Assembly (NCBI GenBank): GCA_934162535.1
Contig: CAKPJC010000010.1
Location: 797 to 64,796, forward strand
From: an uncultured Clostridia bacterium
Lineage (GTDB): Bacteria > Bacillota > Clostridia > TANB77 > CAG-508
DNA: 64,000 nt
Direction of reading: 5' to 3'
Shown here: one piece after another, positions 29,397 through 40,274 of the stretch
Numbering within the stretch: the first letter of the stretch is position 1
How the letters are laid out: each line of letters starts with the position of its first letter
Made by a program: the position numbers and the translations under genes
Notes under the pieces: model-generated
The model's database searches: none
The model's input: only the letters and a program-made list of their open reading frames with translations
Told to the model about the DNA's origin: nothing

Positions 29397-30152
29397 CTAA
29401 TTGTTATCATAATTTACTATTTTACTAAATTCTTCTGCTTTTAAGCTTGCGCCTCCTATAAGACCTCCGTCTATATCTGACATTTCAAATAGTTCTTTTG
29501 CATTTGTTGCTTTTACACTTCCTCCATATTGGATTATTGCATTATTCGCCTCGTTTTTCCCATATATTTTAGCTAGTTCATTTCTTATTTGCTTTATTGT
29601 TTCATTTGCTTGTTCTTTTGTAGCAGTTTTTCCTGTACCAATTGCCCATATTGGTTCATAAGCTATTATTATTTTATTTAGTTCTTCGACAGGTATTTCA
29701 TCAAATGCTTTTTGTATTTGATTTGATATTACTTTTTCTGTTGTACCGTTTTCTCTTTGCTCTAATGACTCACCAACACATACTATTGGTTTAAGACTAT
29801 ATTTTAATGCAGATTTTATTTTCTTATTAACTGTTTCATCTGTTTCAGCAAAATATTGTCTTCTTTCAGAATGGCCAATTATTACATACTCTACTCCTAT
29901 TGATTTAAGCATTGGTGCAGATACTTCACCAGTATATGCACCTTTCTCTTCCCAATGTAAGTTTTGTGCTCCAACTTTTATATTTGTCCCTTGTACATGT
30001 AATAGTGTGTAAAATAAGTCTGTATATGGTACACATAGTATTACTTCATTTTTTGTTTCTTTTACTAATGGTGTTAATTCTTCTATAAAACTAATTGCTT
30101 CATTTGGTAGCATATTCATCTTCCAATTTCCAGCTATTACTTTTCTACGCAT
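29397..30152 (-). CDS. tpiA: Triose-phosphate isomerase.
   Basis: AGNWKMN, IGHSERR, AYEPIWAIGTGKTAT. The start overlaps the pgk stop by 1 nt (TAATG). Confidence 0.97.
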   Translation of the reverse strand: MRRKVIAGNWKMNMLPNEAISFIEELTPLVKETKNEVILCVPYTDLFYTLLHVQGTNIKVGAQNLHWEEKGAYTGEVSAPMLKSIGVEYVIIGHSERRQYFAETDETVNKKIKSALKYSLKPIVCVGESLEQRENGTTEKVISNQIQKAFDEIPVEELNKIIIAYEPIWAIGTGKTATKEQANETIKQIRNELAKIYGKNEANNAIIQYGGSVKATNAKELFEMSDIDGGLIGGASLKAEEFSKIVNYDNN

Positions 30153-31417
30153 TATCTTTCGTCTCCTTCGTCACAACATTCTTTACATTGTTTTTTTTTC
30201 TCTGGTTCTTTGTCTTCAAGACTTTCAACACCTGGTAGTTTTTTACCTTCGATGAATTCTAATGATGCTCCACCTCCTGTTGATATATGTGTCATTTTAT
30301 CTGATAGTCCTGTTTCTTCAACTGCTGCTGCTGAGTCTCCACCACCAATGATTGTTGTTGCATTTTCTAATTCTGCTAACGCTTCTGCAACTCCTTTTGT
30401 TCCTTTATTAAATGGTTTTGTTTCAAATGCTCCTAATGGTCCATTCCAGATTACTGTTTTTGCGTCTGATAATTCTTTTTTGAATAGTCCTACTGTCTTT
30501 GAACCAATGTCAAATCCAGCCCATCCTTCAGGTATTTCAGAACATAATACTTCTTTTGTTTCTGTATCTGAACTTAATTCTTTTCCAATTACTGTGTCTT
30601 CTGGTAATACTAGTTTTACCCCGTTTTGTCTTGCCTTTTTCATTAATTCTAATGCTAAATCACATTTTTCTGGTTCGCATAGTGAATTTCCAACCTCATA
30701 TCCTAATGCTTTGAAGAATGTATATGCCATTCCACCACCAATTAGTATTTTACCGTTCTTTTTGCCCTCTGGATCTTTTGCTTTTTCAATAAGACTGTCA
30801 ATAACAGCTATTTTATCTGATACTTTTGAACCACCTAGTATTGCTTCAAATGGTCTTGCTGGATTGTTTAATGCATTTCCTAAAAAGTTTAACTCTTTTT
30901 CCATTAATAGTCCTGCAACTGATGGTAAATAATGTGTTATTCCTTCTGTAGATGCATGTGCTCTGTGTGCTGCACCAAATGCATCATTTACAAATACATC
31001 TGCCATACTTGCTAATTTTTTAGCAAATTCTGGATCATTGTCTGTTTCTTCTCTATGGAATCTTGTATTTTCAAGTAACATTATTTGTCCATCTTTTAAT
31101 TCTGATGATAATTTTTGTGCACTTTCTCCTACAACATCATCAGCCATTTCAACTTCTTGCCCTAATAATTCTGATAATTTTTTGGCAACTGGCTTTAGTG
31201 AATATTTTGGGTTGAATTCTCCCTTTGGTCTACCCATATGTGAACTTAGTATTATTTTGCATCCTTGATCTCTTAAATAGTTTATTGTTGATAATGCCTC
31301 TTCTATTCTTCTTGGATCTGTGATATTTCCATTTTCGTCCATTGGAACATTGAAATCACATCTTACAAATACTTTTTTACCTTTTAAATCTATATCTTTT
31401 ATTGTTTTTTTATTCAT
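30152..31417 (-). CDS. pgk: Phosphoglycerate kinase with a short Cys- and charge-rich C-terminal tail.
   Basis: VRCDFNVP, ..GGGDSAAAV.., ..[19 protein letters not shown].., then the extra [21 protein letters not shown]. Confidence 0.95.
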   Translation of the reverse strand: MNKKTIKDIDLKGKKVFVRCDFNVPMDENGNITDPRRIEEALSTINYLRDQGCKIILSSHMGRPKGEFNPKYSLKPVAKKLSELLGQEVEMADDVVGESAQKLSSELKDGQIMLLENTRFHREETDNDPEFAKKLASMADVFVNDAFGAAHRAHASTEGITHYLPSVAGLLMEKELNFLGNALNNPARPFEAILGGSKVSDKIAVIDSLIEKAKDPEGKKNGKILIGGGMAYTFFKALGYEVGNSLCEPEKCDLALELMKKARQNGVKLVLPEDTVIGKELSSDTETKEVLCSEIPEGWAGFDIGSKTVGLFKKELSDAKTVIWNGPLGAFETKPFNKGTKGVAEALAELENATTIIGGGDSAAAVEETGLSDKMTHISTGGGASLEFIEGKKLPGVESLEDKEPEKKKQCKECCDEGDER

Positions 31418-31485
31418 TTTACAACTTCCTTTCTATTTATACCAAAAGCTAGGGCTAGATATTTCTATACCCTAACCTGCTTTAT

Positions 31486-32616
<1,131 letters not shown>

Positions 32617-33060
32617 TTATAAATATTTTTTTAAAGTCTCCATACTATCTTCTTGCATTGTTACAAATTCATCCAGTATTTTTCTTACCTCAGGATCTAT
32701 GCTCGGATTATTATTTAGTAGTCTTCTTCCTTCGATTATTCCCATGTTTGTTCCTTGTAATAGTAATTCTGAAATTTTTGAATTGCTTTTGTCATTTACT
32801 GTCTTCATTTGGACTCCATACCATGTCATCATTTTATTCATTGGATTTGTTTCTTGTGGTTCTCCTTCTCCATATTCGCTATATATTTCATTTACTTTAT
32901 CAAATGTTTTTCTATATTTATTATATTCTACATTTAAAATCTTTTTAAATTTCTCATCTTCTACCTTGTCTGTTACATATGATATTGCATCCATTCCCAT
33001 TGTTGCTCCTTTATTTACTTCATTTAAAACCTTTCTGTTTATATCTGCCATTTTGTTCAT
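32617..33060 (-). CDS. Hypothetical helical protein.
   Basis: 147 aa, predicted all-helical, no Cys. I recognise no family. Confidence 0.5.
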   Translation of the reverse strand: MNKMADINRKVLNEVNKGATMGMDAISYVTDKVEDEKFKKILNVEYNKYRKTFDKVNEIYSEYGEGEPQETNPMNKMMTWYGVQMKTVNDKSNSKISELLLQGTNMGIIEGRRLLNNNPSIDPEVRKILDEFVTMQEDSMETLKKYL

Positions 33061-33167
33061 TCCTCCTTTTTCTTATTTTTACCATATTTATTTTTTATAT
33101 ACATTGGTCATGCACTTTTATTTTTCTAAAACATATAATTTTGTTATAAGGATAATGGAGGTATTTT

Positions 33168-33869
33168 ATGTTTTCTACACTTTTATTGAGTGGTTTTATA
33201 CAATTTTTACATACAGCTATATTTTCTGTTGGTTATATTTCAGGTACCCAATTGTTTCCTGAACCATTAACAGCTAATGAAGAACGTGAATGTCTCAGAA
33301 GATTAAAAGATGGAGATGATGAGGCTCGTAATATTCTTATTGAAAAAAATCTTAGACTTGTTGCACATGTCTGTAAAAAATATAGTAATTCTAATGTTGA
33401 TCAAGATGATTTAATTTCTATTGGTACTATTGGATTAATCAAAGGCATTAATAGTTTTGATGTTGATAAAGGTGCTAAACTTTCTACTTATGTTTCTCGT
33501 TGTATTGACAATGAAATTCTTATGCATTTCAGGTCTACAAAAAAGCTAAGTTCAGAAGTTTTTTTAAATGAACCTATTGGAAAAGATAAAGATGATAATG
33601 TTGTAACTCTACAAGAGGTCTTGGAAAATGATGAACGAAGTGTTGAAGATTCTGTTGACCTAAAGTTTAAAATCAAATTACTCTATGAGAAAATGAAGTC
33701 TATTTTGAAAGATAGAGAAAGAACTATTTTAGAATTGCGTTTTGGTCTTGATGGTAATAAACCTAAAACTCAAATTGAAATTGCACATTCTATGGGTATT
33801 TCTCGTTCATATGTTTCAAGAATAGAAACAAAGGCTATTAGTAAATTAGCTAAGGAATTGAAAGAATAG
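33168..33869 (+). CDS. sigK: Sporulation sigma factor SigK (pro-sigma-K, uninterrupted).
   Basis: Hydrophobic pro-sequence, then FPEPLTANEE.., NLRLVAHVCKKY, DLISIGTIGLIKGINSF, ILMHFRS, C-terminal HTH ..SRSYVSRIETKAI.. Confidence 0.85.
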   Translation: MFSTLLLSGFIQFLHTAIFSVGYISGTQLFPEPLTANEERECLRRLKDGDDEARNILIEKNLRLVAHVCKKYSNSNVDQDDLISIGTIGLIKGINSFDVDKGAKLSTYVSRCIDNEILMHFRSTKKLSSEVFLNEPIGKDKDDNVVTLQEVLENDERSVEDSVDLKFKIKLLYEKMKSILKDRERTILELRFGLDGNKPKTQIEIAHSMGISRSYVSRIETKAISKLAKELKE

Positions 33870-33876
33870 CTAAATA

Positions 33877-33935
33877 AAAAGCGAAAATTTCATTATAGTA
33901 TTGCAACTATATTTTTGAAATATTTCGCTTTTTCA
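33877..33935. terminator. Bidirectional terminator hairpin between convergent sigK and mnmA.
   Basis: AAAAAGCGAAAATTTC ... GAAATATTTCGCTTTTT, a long stem with one bulge and A/T runs on both sides. Confidence 0.55.
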
Positions 33936-33946
33936 TAATTTTATAT

Positions 33947-35011
33947 TTACTTACTACTTTCTATTATTCCTCCACCTAATACTATATCATCAATATAAAA
34001 TACTGCTGATTGGCCTGGTGTAATCCTTTGAATAGGATTATCAAATATAACTTTTATCACATTATTTTCCGTCATTTCTATTATTGCCTTTTCTTCTTTA
34101 CTAGAGTATCTTGTTTTTACTAGAACTTCCATTTTATCTTTTAATTCATCTACTAATAGTAAATTAACATCTTTTACTAACATTTCTTTTTTATATGTTT
34201 CATTTTCTGTTCCAACAATTAATTCATTTTTGTTTTTATTGAATCCTATAACAAATAATGGCTCACTATATGATATTCCAAGTCCCTTTCTTTGACCTAT
34301 TGTATATTTATATAATCCTGTATGTTTACCTAATACTTCTCCCTTAGAGTTTACAATATTTCCTTCTATTGGTATTAAATTCGAATTCATTTCTAAAAAC
34401 TTTTTATAGTCTCCATCTGGTATAAAACATATATCTTCACTATCTGGCTTGTTTGCAACTTTTAAATTATGTTTTCTTGCGATTTCTCGTATTTTGTCTT
34501 TACTCTCAAAATCTGCAAGTGGAAATACAACATGTTGAATTAAATCTTTTGGCATATTCCATAGAACATAGCTTTGGTCTTTTCTACCAGCTTTTGATTT
34601 TTTTAATACCCATCTACCATATTTTTCACTGTATTCTGTTTTTGCATAGTGTCCTGTTGCAAGGTAATTGCATCCCAATTCTTTTGCTTTTTTCCACATA
34701 TATCCGAATTTCATGTATTTATTACATACAATACATGGATTTGGAGTTCTTTGATTAGAATATTCTTCAATAAAGTTATCAATTACTTTACATTTGAATT
34801 CATCTTTATAGTTATATGTAAAGTGTGGTATGCCAATTGATTTGCATACATTTTTCGCATCAATATATGTATTTATATTACAGCAACTACTTCCTGCAAA
34901 TAATTCCAATGTTGCACCTATTACTTCATATCCTTCATCTTTTAGAAGTAGTGCTGATACTGAACTGTCAACACCACCACTCATTCCTAATAGTACTTTT
35001 TTATTTTCCAT
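33947..35011 (-). CDS. mnmA: tRNA 2-thiouridine(34) synthase MnmA.
   Basis: PP-loop GMSGGVDSSV, ..NPCIVCNKYMKF.., ..DQSYVL... Confidence 0.95.
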   Translation of the reverse strand: MENKKVLLGMSGGVDSSVSALLLKDEGYEVIGATLELFAGSSCCNINTYIDAKNVCKSIGIPHFTYNYKDEFKCKVIDNFIEEYSNQRTPNPCIVCNKYMKFGYMWKKAKELGCNYLATGHYAKTEYSEKYGRWVLKKSKAGRKDQSYVLWNMPKDLIQHVVFPLADFESKDKIREIARKHNLKVANKPDSEDICFIPDGDYKKFLEMNSNLIPIEGNIVNSKGEVLGKHTGLYKYTIGQRKGLGISYSEPLFVIGFNKNKNELIVGTENETYKKEMLVKDVNLLLVDELKDKMEVLVKTRYSSKEEKAIIEMTENNVIKVIFDNPIQRITPGQSAVFYIDDIVLGGGIIESSK

Positions 35012-35040
35012 TTACTGTTTCCTTTCTAAAAAGACATTTC

Positions 35041-35469
35041 CTATCCATTTAGCATGTCCTCTATTGTGTGCCATGCAAGTAATGCACATTTAACTCTTGC
35101 TGGCATATTTGCAACATTTTTAAATGCTATAGCATCTTCCAGTTTTTTTAGTTCTTCTTCACTTTTTGTTTCTCTTTTTATCATACCTATAAATGTTTTT
35201 ATGATTTCTCTTGCTTCTTCAATTGTCTTACCCCTTAGTGTATCTATCATTATTGATGTTGATGCCTGTGAAATGGCACACCCATGTCCTGTGAATGCCA
35301 TGTCTTCTATCACATCTCCATTTAATTTTATTTCTAATTCTATTTCATCTCCACAGTTGGGATTATGTCCTTTTTCGCTAAAACTACAATTTTCTAACTT
35401 TTTCTTATTATATGAATTCATGCTGTGTTCCATTATAATGTCATTATATACATCTGTTAAATCTTCCAT
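35041..35469 (-). CDS. sufU: SUF-type Fe-S cluster scaffold SufU.
   Basis: GHNPNCGDEIEL, GHGCAISQAS, ARVKCALLAW. Confidence 0.9.
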   Translation of the reverse strand: MEDLTDVYNDIIMEHSMNSYNKKKLENCSFSEKGHNPNCGDEIELEIKLNGDVIEDMAFTGHGCAISQASTSIMIDTLRGKTIEEAREIIKTFIGMIKRETKSEEELKKLEDAIAFKNVANMPARVKCALLAWHTIEDMLNG

Positions 35470-35527
35470 ATTTTTACCTTTCTTCCTTAAACTTTTTAAT
35501 GTGTTATGTATATTTAGAACAATTTAA

Positions 35528-35556
35528 ATTATACCATCGTGGGTGTTAATTGTCAA
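35528..35556 (-). promoter_or_regulatory. Consensus sigma-A promoter in front of sufU: TTGACA-17-TATAAT with TGG extended -10.
   Basis: Minus-strand TTGACAATTAACACCCACGATGGTATAAT, about 55 nt upstream of the sufU ATG. Confidence 0.6.
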
Positions 35557-35578
35557 TGTTGCAAAAAGATAGGCATCA

Positions 35579-35606
35579 CAAAAAAACAGATAGAATTCGT
35601 ATCTGT
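35579..35606 (-). terminator. Terminator closing the lipoprotein cassette.
   Basis: Minus-strand ACAGATA-CGAATTC-TATCTGT followed by TTTTTTT. Confidence 0.5.
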
Positions 35607-35802
35607 GTAAGGTACAAAACAATCCATTATAACTTTATTAATTTCGATAAATATATTTTCTATAGTACTCGTTAAATTTTCTCGATTATATCTTGGTCGA
35701 CCAGTTTTGTAACCTTACTTTACAAAATATGAATTTAGGTCAATACAATCGATAAAAGGTGTTTTTTCTTCGTGACTTTTTTCAGTCCCTTCTTAAAGAT
35801 TT

Positions 35803-36189
35803 TTACTCCGTAAAGGAGATGCTTATCGCATAGTACTCCTTCGCATTACCCGCTTCGTCAATACTCTCGCTGCAATCGCAACTGAGTACATCAGCCCAGG
35901 CCTCATCTATGTCGTACTCTTGCATATCATTACAAGCATCACACTTGAAGGCAACATGCGCAGTATCTCCTCTTTTTAGGGAAATCTGCATCTTATTGCG
36001 CAGCGCAATGTCTTTGCCGGACCAATTGTATCCGGCTCCATTAAAGCTCTTACCAACGAAAGATCCTCCGTTTGAAGCTGTAATGGATACAGTAGCGTGA
36101 TTGTCGTCTTTCTTGAGTGCATCGCCACACGACGATAAAGCAAAACACCCAATAATAATTGTCATGATAACAGCAACAACTTTGTTCAT
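35803..36189 (-). CDS. Small lipoprotein of unknown function, compositionally foreign.
   Basis: MNKVVAVIMTIIIGCFALSSCG has a lipobox, LSSC. Hand counts of three 60-nt blocks (35881-36060) give 43-48% GC, against 27% for a sufS block (36361-36420). Confidence 0.7.
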   Translation of the reverse strand: MNKVVAVIMTIIIGCFALSSCGDALKKDDNHATVSITASNGGSFVGKSFNGAGYNWSGKDIALRNKMQISLKRGDTAHVAFKCDACNDMQEYDIDEAWADVLSCDCSESIDEAGNAKEYYAISISFTE

Positions 36190-36315
36190 ATTTATGTCTC
36201 CTTTTTAAATATTTCATTGGGGAACTGCTACATGTTAATAAACCAATAATGCGGTTATACCTACCTCCTTGTTGTATTTCTTTTTATATAAAAAGGCTTT
36301 TGCCTTGACATGTTT

Positions 36316-36344
36316 ATTATACCATATTTTCTATATTATGTCAA
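36316..36344 (-). promoter_or_regulatory. Consensus sigma-A promoter for the lipoprotein gene: TTGACA-17-TATAAT with TGG extended -10.
   Basis: Minus-strand TTGACATAATATAGAAAATATGGTATAAT. The -35 lies in the last codons of sufS (..VDII*). Confidence 0.5.
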
Positions 36345-37578
36345 CAATTACTCTTTGATTTTTTATAAATTTTTTGAACATATCATATGCCTTATTTAAA
36401 GCGTGAACAAGTCTGTCTACATCTTCCTTTGTGTTATAAAAATAGAAACTTGCTCTACATGTTGAATCTATCCCTAAAAACCTCATAAGTGGTTGTGCGC
36501 AATGGTTCCCTGAACGTACACATACACCTTCTGAGTCTAAAATACTCGCAACATCATGTGGATGTACACCTTTTATATTAAAAGATATTACACCTGAATG
36601 ATTTTCCTTATTTGGAGTTAAATATAGTGTTAAATAATCTAATTTTGATAGCTCTTGTCTTGCATATGTTATTACTTCATTTTCAAGTTCTTGTATTTTA
36701 TCATATCCGATTTTTTGGATATAGTCTATTGCTGCTCCAAGTCCAACGACACCTTCTACATTTTGTGTTCCCGCTTCAAACTTATTTGGTAATGGTGCAA
36801 ATGTAGTTTCTTGTTCATATACATATTCTATCATATCTCCACCCATTAAAAATGGTGTCATTTTATTTAATATTTCTTTTTTTCCATAGAGTACACCTAT
36901 TCCTAAAGGTGCTAACATTTTATGACCAGAAAAGACTAAAAAGTCTGCATCAAGTTCTTGTACATCAATTTTCATATGTGGTACACTTTGTGATGCATCT
37001 ACAACTACTATTGCTCCTTTTTTATGTGCATATTTTATGATTTTCTTTACATTATTTATTGTTCCTAAAACATTTGAAACATGTGCTATCCCAACTATTT
37101 TTGTTTTGTCTGTAATTTTGCTTTCTATTTCTTCATCTGAAAGTTCAAAATCTTCATTAATATACATATAATTCAATTTGCTACCAGTGGCTTTTGTCAT
37201 TTTTTGCCATGGTACTAAGTTTGAATGGTGTTCCATTATAGATATTACTACTTCATCATCTTTTTTTAGGTTGTCCATTCCATATGAATATGCAATTAAA
37301 TTTAAACTTTCTGTTGCATTCTTTGAGAATATTATTTCTTCTCTATGTTTTGCATTTATAAATTCTGCTATTTTAGTTCTTGTGTTTTCATACACTTCTG
37401 TTGCCTCTATACTTAATCCATATGCTCCTCTATGTGGGTTTGCATTATATTTATTATAAAATTCTTCTATTGTTTTTATTACTTGTATTGGTTTTTGTGT
37501 TGTTGCTCCACTGTCTAAGTATGCTATATTTCGATTTTCTAATAGTGGAAAATCCTTTTTTATTTCTTCTACTTTCAT
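36331..37578 (-). CDS. sufS: Cysteine desulfurase SufS.
   Basis: ..AYLDSGATTQKP.., PLP-Lys region FSGHKMLAPLG, catalytic Cys RSGNHCAQP. Confidence 0.93.
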   Translation of the reverse strand: MKVEEIKKDFPLLENRNIAYLDSGATTQKPIQVIKTIEEFYNKYNANPHRGAYGLSIEATEVYENTRTKIAEFINAKHREEIIFSKNATESLNLIAYSYGMDNLKKDDEVVISIMEHHSNLVPWQKMTKATGSKLNYMYINEDFELSDEEIESKITDKTKIVGIAHVSNVLGTINNVKKIIKYAHKKGAIVVVDASQSVPHMKIDVQELDADFLVFSGHKMLAPLGIGVLYGKKEILNKMTPFLMGGDMIEYVYEQETTFAPLPNKFEAGTQNVEGVVGLGAAIDYIQKIGYDKIQELENEVITYARQELSKLDYLTLYLTPNKENHSGVISFNIKGVHPHDVASILDSEGVCVRSGNHCAQPLMRFLGIDSTCRASFYFYNTKEDVDRLVHALNKAYDMFKKFIKNQRVIVDII

Positions 37579-37680
37579 TTAGAAATCCTTTCTATATATT
37601 TGACATTTATTTTTATTTGTGATAATATATTTATATAAAAGAATAAGAGTTTACGCCCTTATTCCAGTGTTTGTTTGTTT

Positions 37681-37710
37681 TGAGATATATCCTGTTCAGG
37701 ATATATCTCA
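37681..37710. other. Perfect 13-bp hairpin, TGAGATATATCCT-GTTC-AGGATATATCTCA, in the sufD-sufS spacer.
   Basis: On the plus strand it is followed by ATTTTTCTTTTTT (terminator-like). On the gene (minus) strand it is followed by an A-rich tract. Confidence 0.7.
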
Positions 37711-37776
37711 ATTTTTCTTTTTTCAGAACTATATTTAAATATGTATTGGTAAATACTCTAATCAAACACTTGAATA

Positions 37777-37805
37777 ATTATATCATAGCCAAAACGCATC
37801 GTCAA
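37777..37805 (-). promoter_or_regulatory. Near-consensus sigma-A promoter inside the suf cluster, upstream of sufS: TTGACG-17-TATAAT with TGA extended -10.
   Basis: Minus-strand TTGACGATGCGTTTTGGCTATGATATAAT, 25 nt after the sufD stop. Confidence 0.55.
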
Positions 37806-37829
37806 TATTTTACGAACTTTTTTTCGGTT

Positions 37830-38876
37830 TTAGTTTAATTTATTATCAATTTCATTTAATACTTCGTTTTTTAGTTCTTCATCTGTTATTCTTTCAATAA
37901 TCTTATTAAAATTAGCTTTTACCATAAGCTTAACCGCTTCTTTATAGCTTAATCCTCTGCTCATAATATAGAACAATTGATTATTATCAATTTTACCAGA
38001 AGCAGTTGAATGATTACCTTCCACATTATCTTCTGTACATAAAAGCATAGGCAATGCAATAGATTTAGCTTTATCTGATAAAAGCATGCAATATTCATTC
38101 TCATTTCCTTTAGCTTTTTTACAACCTTTCTTAAAATCAATTGTACCTTTGAAATTCTTTTTAGCACTATCTCGTAATGCTCCTTGAACATCAATATCTA
38201 TATTTGTTTTAATTCCTCTTAATTCTGCAATATAATTGATGTCTTTTCTCTGGTTATCTATTCCAAGATATATTGATTTTAAATCATTATCTGCATTTTC
38301 TCCAATAATATTTGAATAATAATTAGATACACTTGTTTTGCCACCAATATCTATAATTGTATATTTTAATTTTGAATTAGCTTTTAATGTATTTTCTATT
38401 GCTTCAAAATTATCGGATTTCTCATTTAGTAAATTTACGATATTAATGTTAAGTTTTGCATTTTCATTTATGATTGTTTTTATTATTCCATTGTGCAAAC
38501 ATTTATTTGATGTATTAGATTTATATACAATTGTAACATTTGCATCATTATTTGCTATTATTTCTATTTGGTTTATAAGATTTAGATTATTATCATCAAA
38601 ATTATATATTATTTTTACATTTTCATTTTTGCTATTTGTTTGTATTCTTATTTTATTATTCACAGTTTCATAATTTAGTTTCTCTAGAATTTTGCCATTA
38701 CCATATATTAATGGTTTATTTGAAGTTTGATTATCAATAATACTTTTATCATTAATAATTTCTGCATTTTTAAATTCAGCAATTTTTTTTGGTATATCAA
38801 GTTCAACTTCTATATTGTTTATTAAAAAGTTTCTTGCTGTTCTTATTGGTGTATCATTTACTCTTAATTTTTCCAT
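37830..38876 (-). CDS. sufD: Fe-S cluster assembly protein SufD.
   Basis: SufB/SufD-family C-terminal beta-helix region ..EGNHSTASGKIDNNQLFYIMSRGLSYKEA... Sits between sufB and sufS. Confidence 0.85.
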   Translation of the reverse strand: MEKLRVNDTPIRTARNFLINNIEVELDIPKKIAEFKNAEIINDKSIIDNQTSNKPLIYGNGKILEKLNYETVNNKIRIQTNSKNENVKIIYNFDDNNLNLINQIEIIANNDANVTIVYKSNTSNKCLHNGIIKTIINENAKLNINIVNLLNEKSDNFEAIENTLKANSKLKYTIIDIGGKTSVSNYYSNIIGENADNDLKSIYLGIDNQRKDINYIAELRGIKTNIDIDVQGALRDSAKKNFKGTIDFKKGCKKAKGNENEYCMLLSDKAKSIALPMLLCTEDNVEGNHSTASGKIDNNQLFYIMSRGLSYKEAVKLMVKANFNKIIERITDEELKNEVLNEIDNKLN

Positions 38877-40273
38877 TATCCAATTGCCCCCTCTAATTCA
38901 AGATTTATTAAATTATTCATTTCTACTGCATATTCTACTGGTAATTCTTTTGATATAGGATATGCAAATCCTCTTACTATCATTGCTTTTGCATCTTCTT
39001 CTGATAATCCTCTTGACATTAAGTAGAATATTTCCTTGTCACTTATTTTTCCTATTTTAGCTTCATGAGAAAATTCCACTTCATCTGTTCTAATATCATT
39101 TACAGGTATTGTATCTGATTTTGATATATCATCTAGCATAAGTGATTCACAGCTTACACTACATTTTGAATTTTTTGCATTTTCATTTATTCTTACTAAT
39201 GCTCTATAAGTACATGCTCCACCATCTTTTGATATTGATTTTGAATTTACAACAGATGATGTATTTGGTGCATTGTGAACTGTTTTAAATCCTGTATCTA
39301 GGTTTTGTCCGCCACCTGCAAATGTTATACCTGTATATTCAGTCTTTGCGCCTTCTCCATTTAATATGCTCATTGGGTATAACATAGATACTTTTGATCC
39401 AAATGAACCTGTTACCCAATCTATTTGTGCATTTTTACCTACAATAGCTTTTTTAGTATTTAGGTTCATCATGTTTTTTGACCAGTTTTCTATTGTTGAA
39501 TATCTTAAATAGCTATTGTCTTTTACATATAATTCTACACAACCTGCATGTAAATTTACTTTATTATACTTTGGTGCTGAACAGCCTTCTATAAAGTGTA
39601 AACTTGCACCTTCATCTACTATTATTAGTGTATGCTCAAATTGCCCTGATTCTGGTGAATTAAGCCTGAAATATGATTGTAATGGAAAATCAAGTTTTAC
39701 ACCTTTTGGTATATATACAAATGAACCTCCTGACCATACTGCTGCATGTAGTGCAACAAATTTATGGTCACTTATTGGTACACATTTCATAAAGTGTTCT
39801 TTTACTATTTCTGGATAATCTCTTACTGCTGATTCCATATCTGTATATATTACCCCTTGTTTTATTAAATCTTCTTTCATACTATGATATACAACTTCTG
39901 AGTCATATTGTGCGCCCACACCTGCTAATGATTTTTGCTCTGCTTCTGGTATACCTAATTTATCAAATGTTTCTTTTATATAATCTGGTACATCATCCCA
40001 ATTTGAATTTAATTTTGTTTTTGGTCTTACATATGTTGCTATCTCGTCCATTTTTAGTTCTGATAAATCTGGCCCCCATGTAGGTAATTCTAATTTATTG
40101 TACATTTCTAATGCTTTTAGTCTAATTTCTAACATCCATTCTGGTTCATTTTTTTGTCTTGATATTTCTTCAACAATTTCTCTGTTTAAACCTTTTTCCA
40201 TCTTGAAGTCATATTCATCTGCATTTTTGATGTCATATATATTTCTGTTTATATCCTCTACATTTGTTTTCAT
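38876..40273 (-). CDS. sufB: Fe-S cluster assembly protein SufB.
   Basis: ..PEWMLEIRLKALE.., ..FSHEAKIGKISDKEIFYLMSRGLSEEDA... 465 aa. Confidence 0.93.
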   Translation of the reverse strand: MKTNVEDINRNIYDIKNADEYDFKMEKGLNREIVEEISRQKNEPEWMLEIRLKALEMYNKLELPTWGPDLSELKMDEIATYVRPKTKLNSNWDDVPDYIKETFDKLGIPEAEQKSLAGVGAQYDSEVVYHSMKEDLIKQGVIYTDMESAVRDYPEIVKEHFMKCVPISDHKFVALHAAVWSGGSFVYIPKGVKLDFPLQSYFRLNSPESGQFEHTLIIVDEGASLHFIEGCSAPKYNKVNLHAGCVELYVKDNSYLRYSTIENWSKNMMNLNTKKAIVGKNAQIDWVTGSFGSKVSMLYPMSILNGEGAKTEYTGITFAGGGQNLDTGFKTVHNAPNTSSVVNSKSISKDGGACTYRALVRINENAKNSKCSVSCESLMLDDISKSDTIPVNDIRTDEVEFSHEAKIGKISDKEIFYLMSRGLSEEDAKAMIVRGFAYPISKELPVEYAVEMNNLINLELEGAIG

Positions 40274-40274
40274 A

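Noticed and set aside
33168-33869. Checked sigK for interruption by a skin-like element.
   Set aside because: The ORF is continuous from the pro-sequence through region 4, so there is no intervening element in this window.
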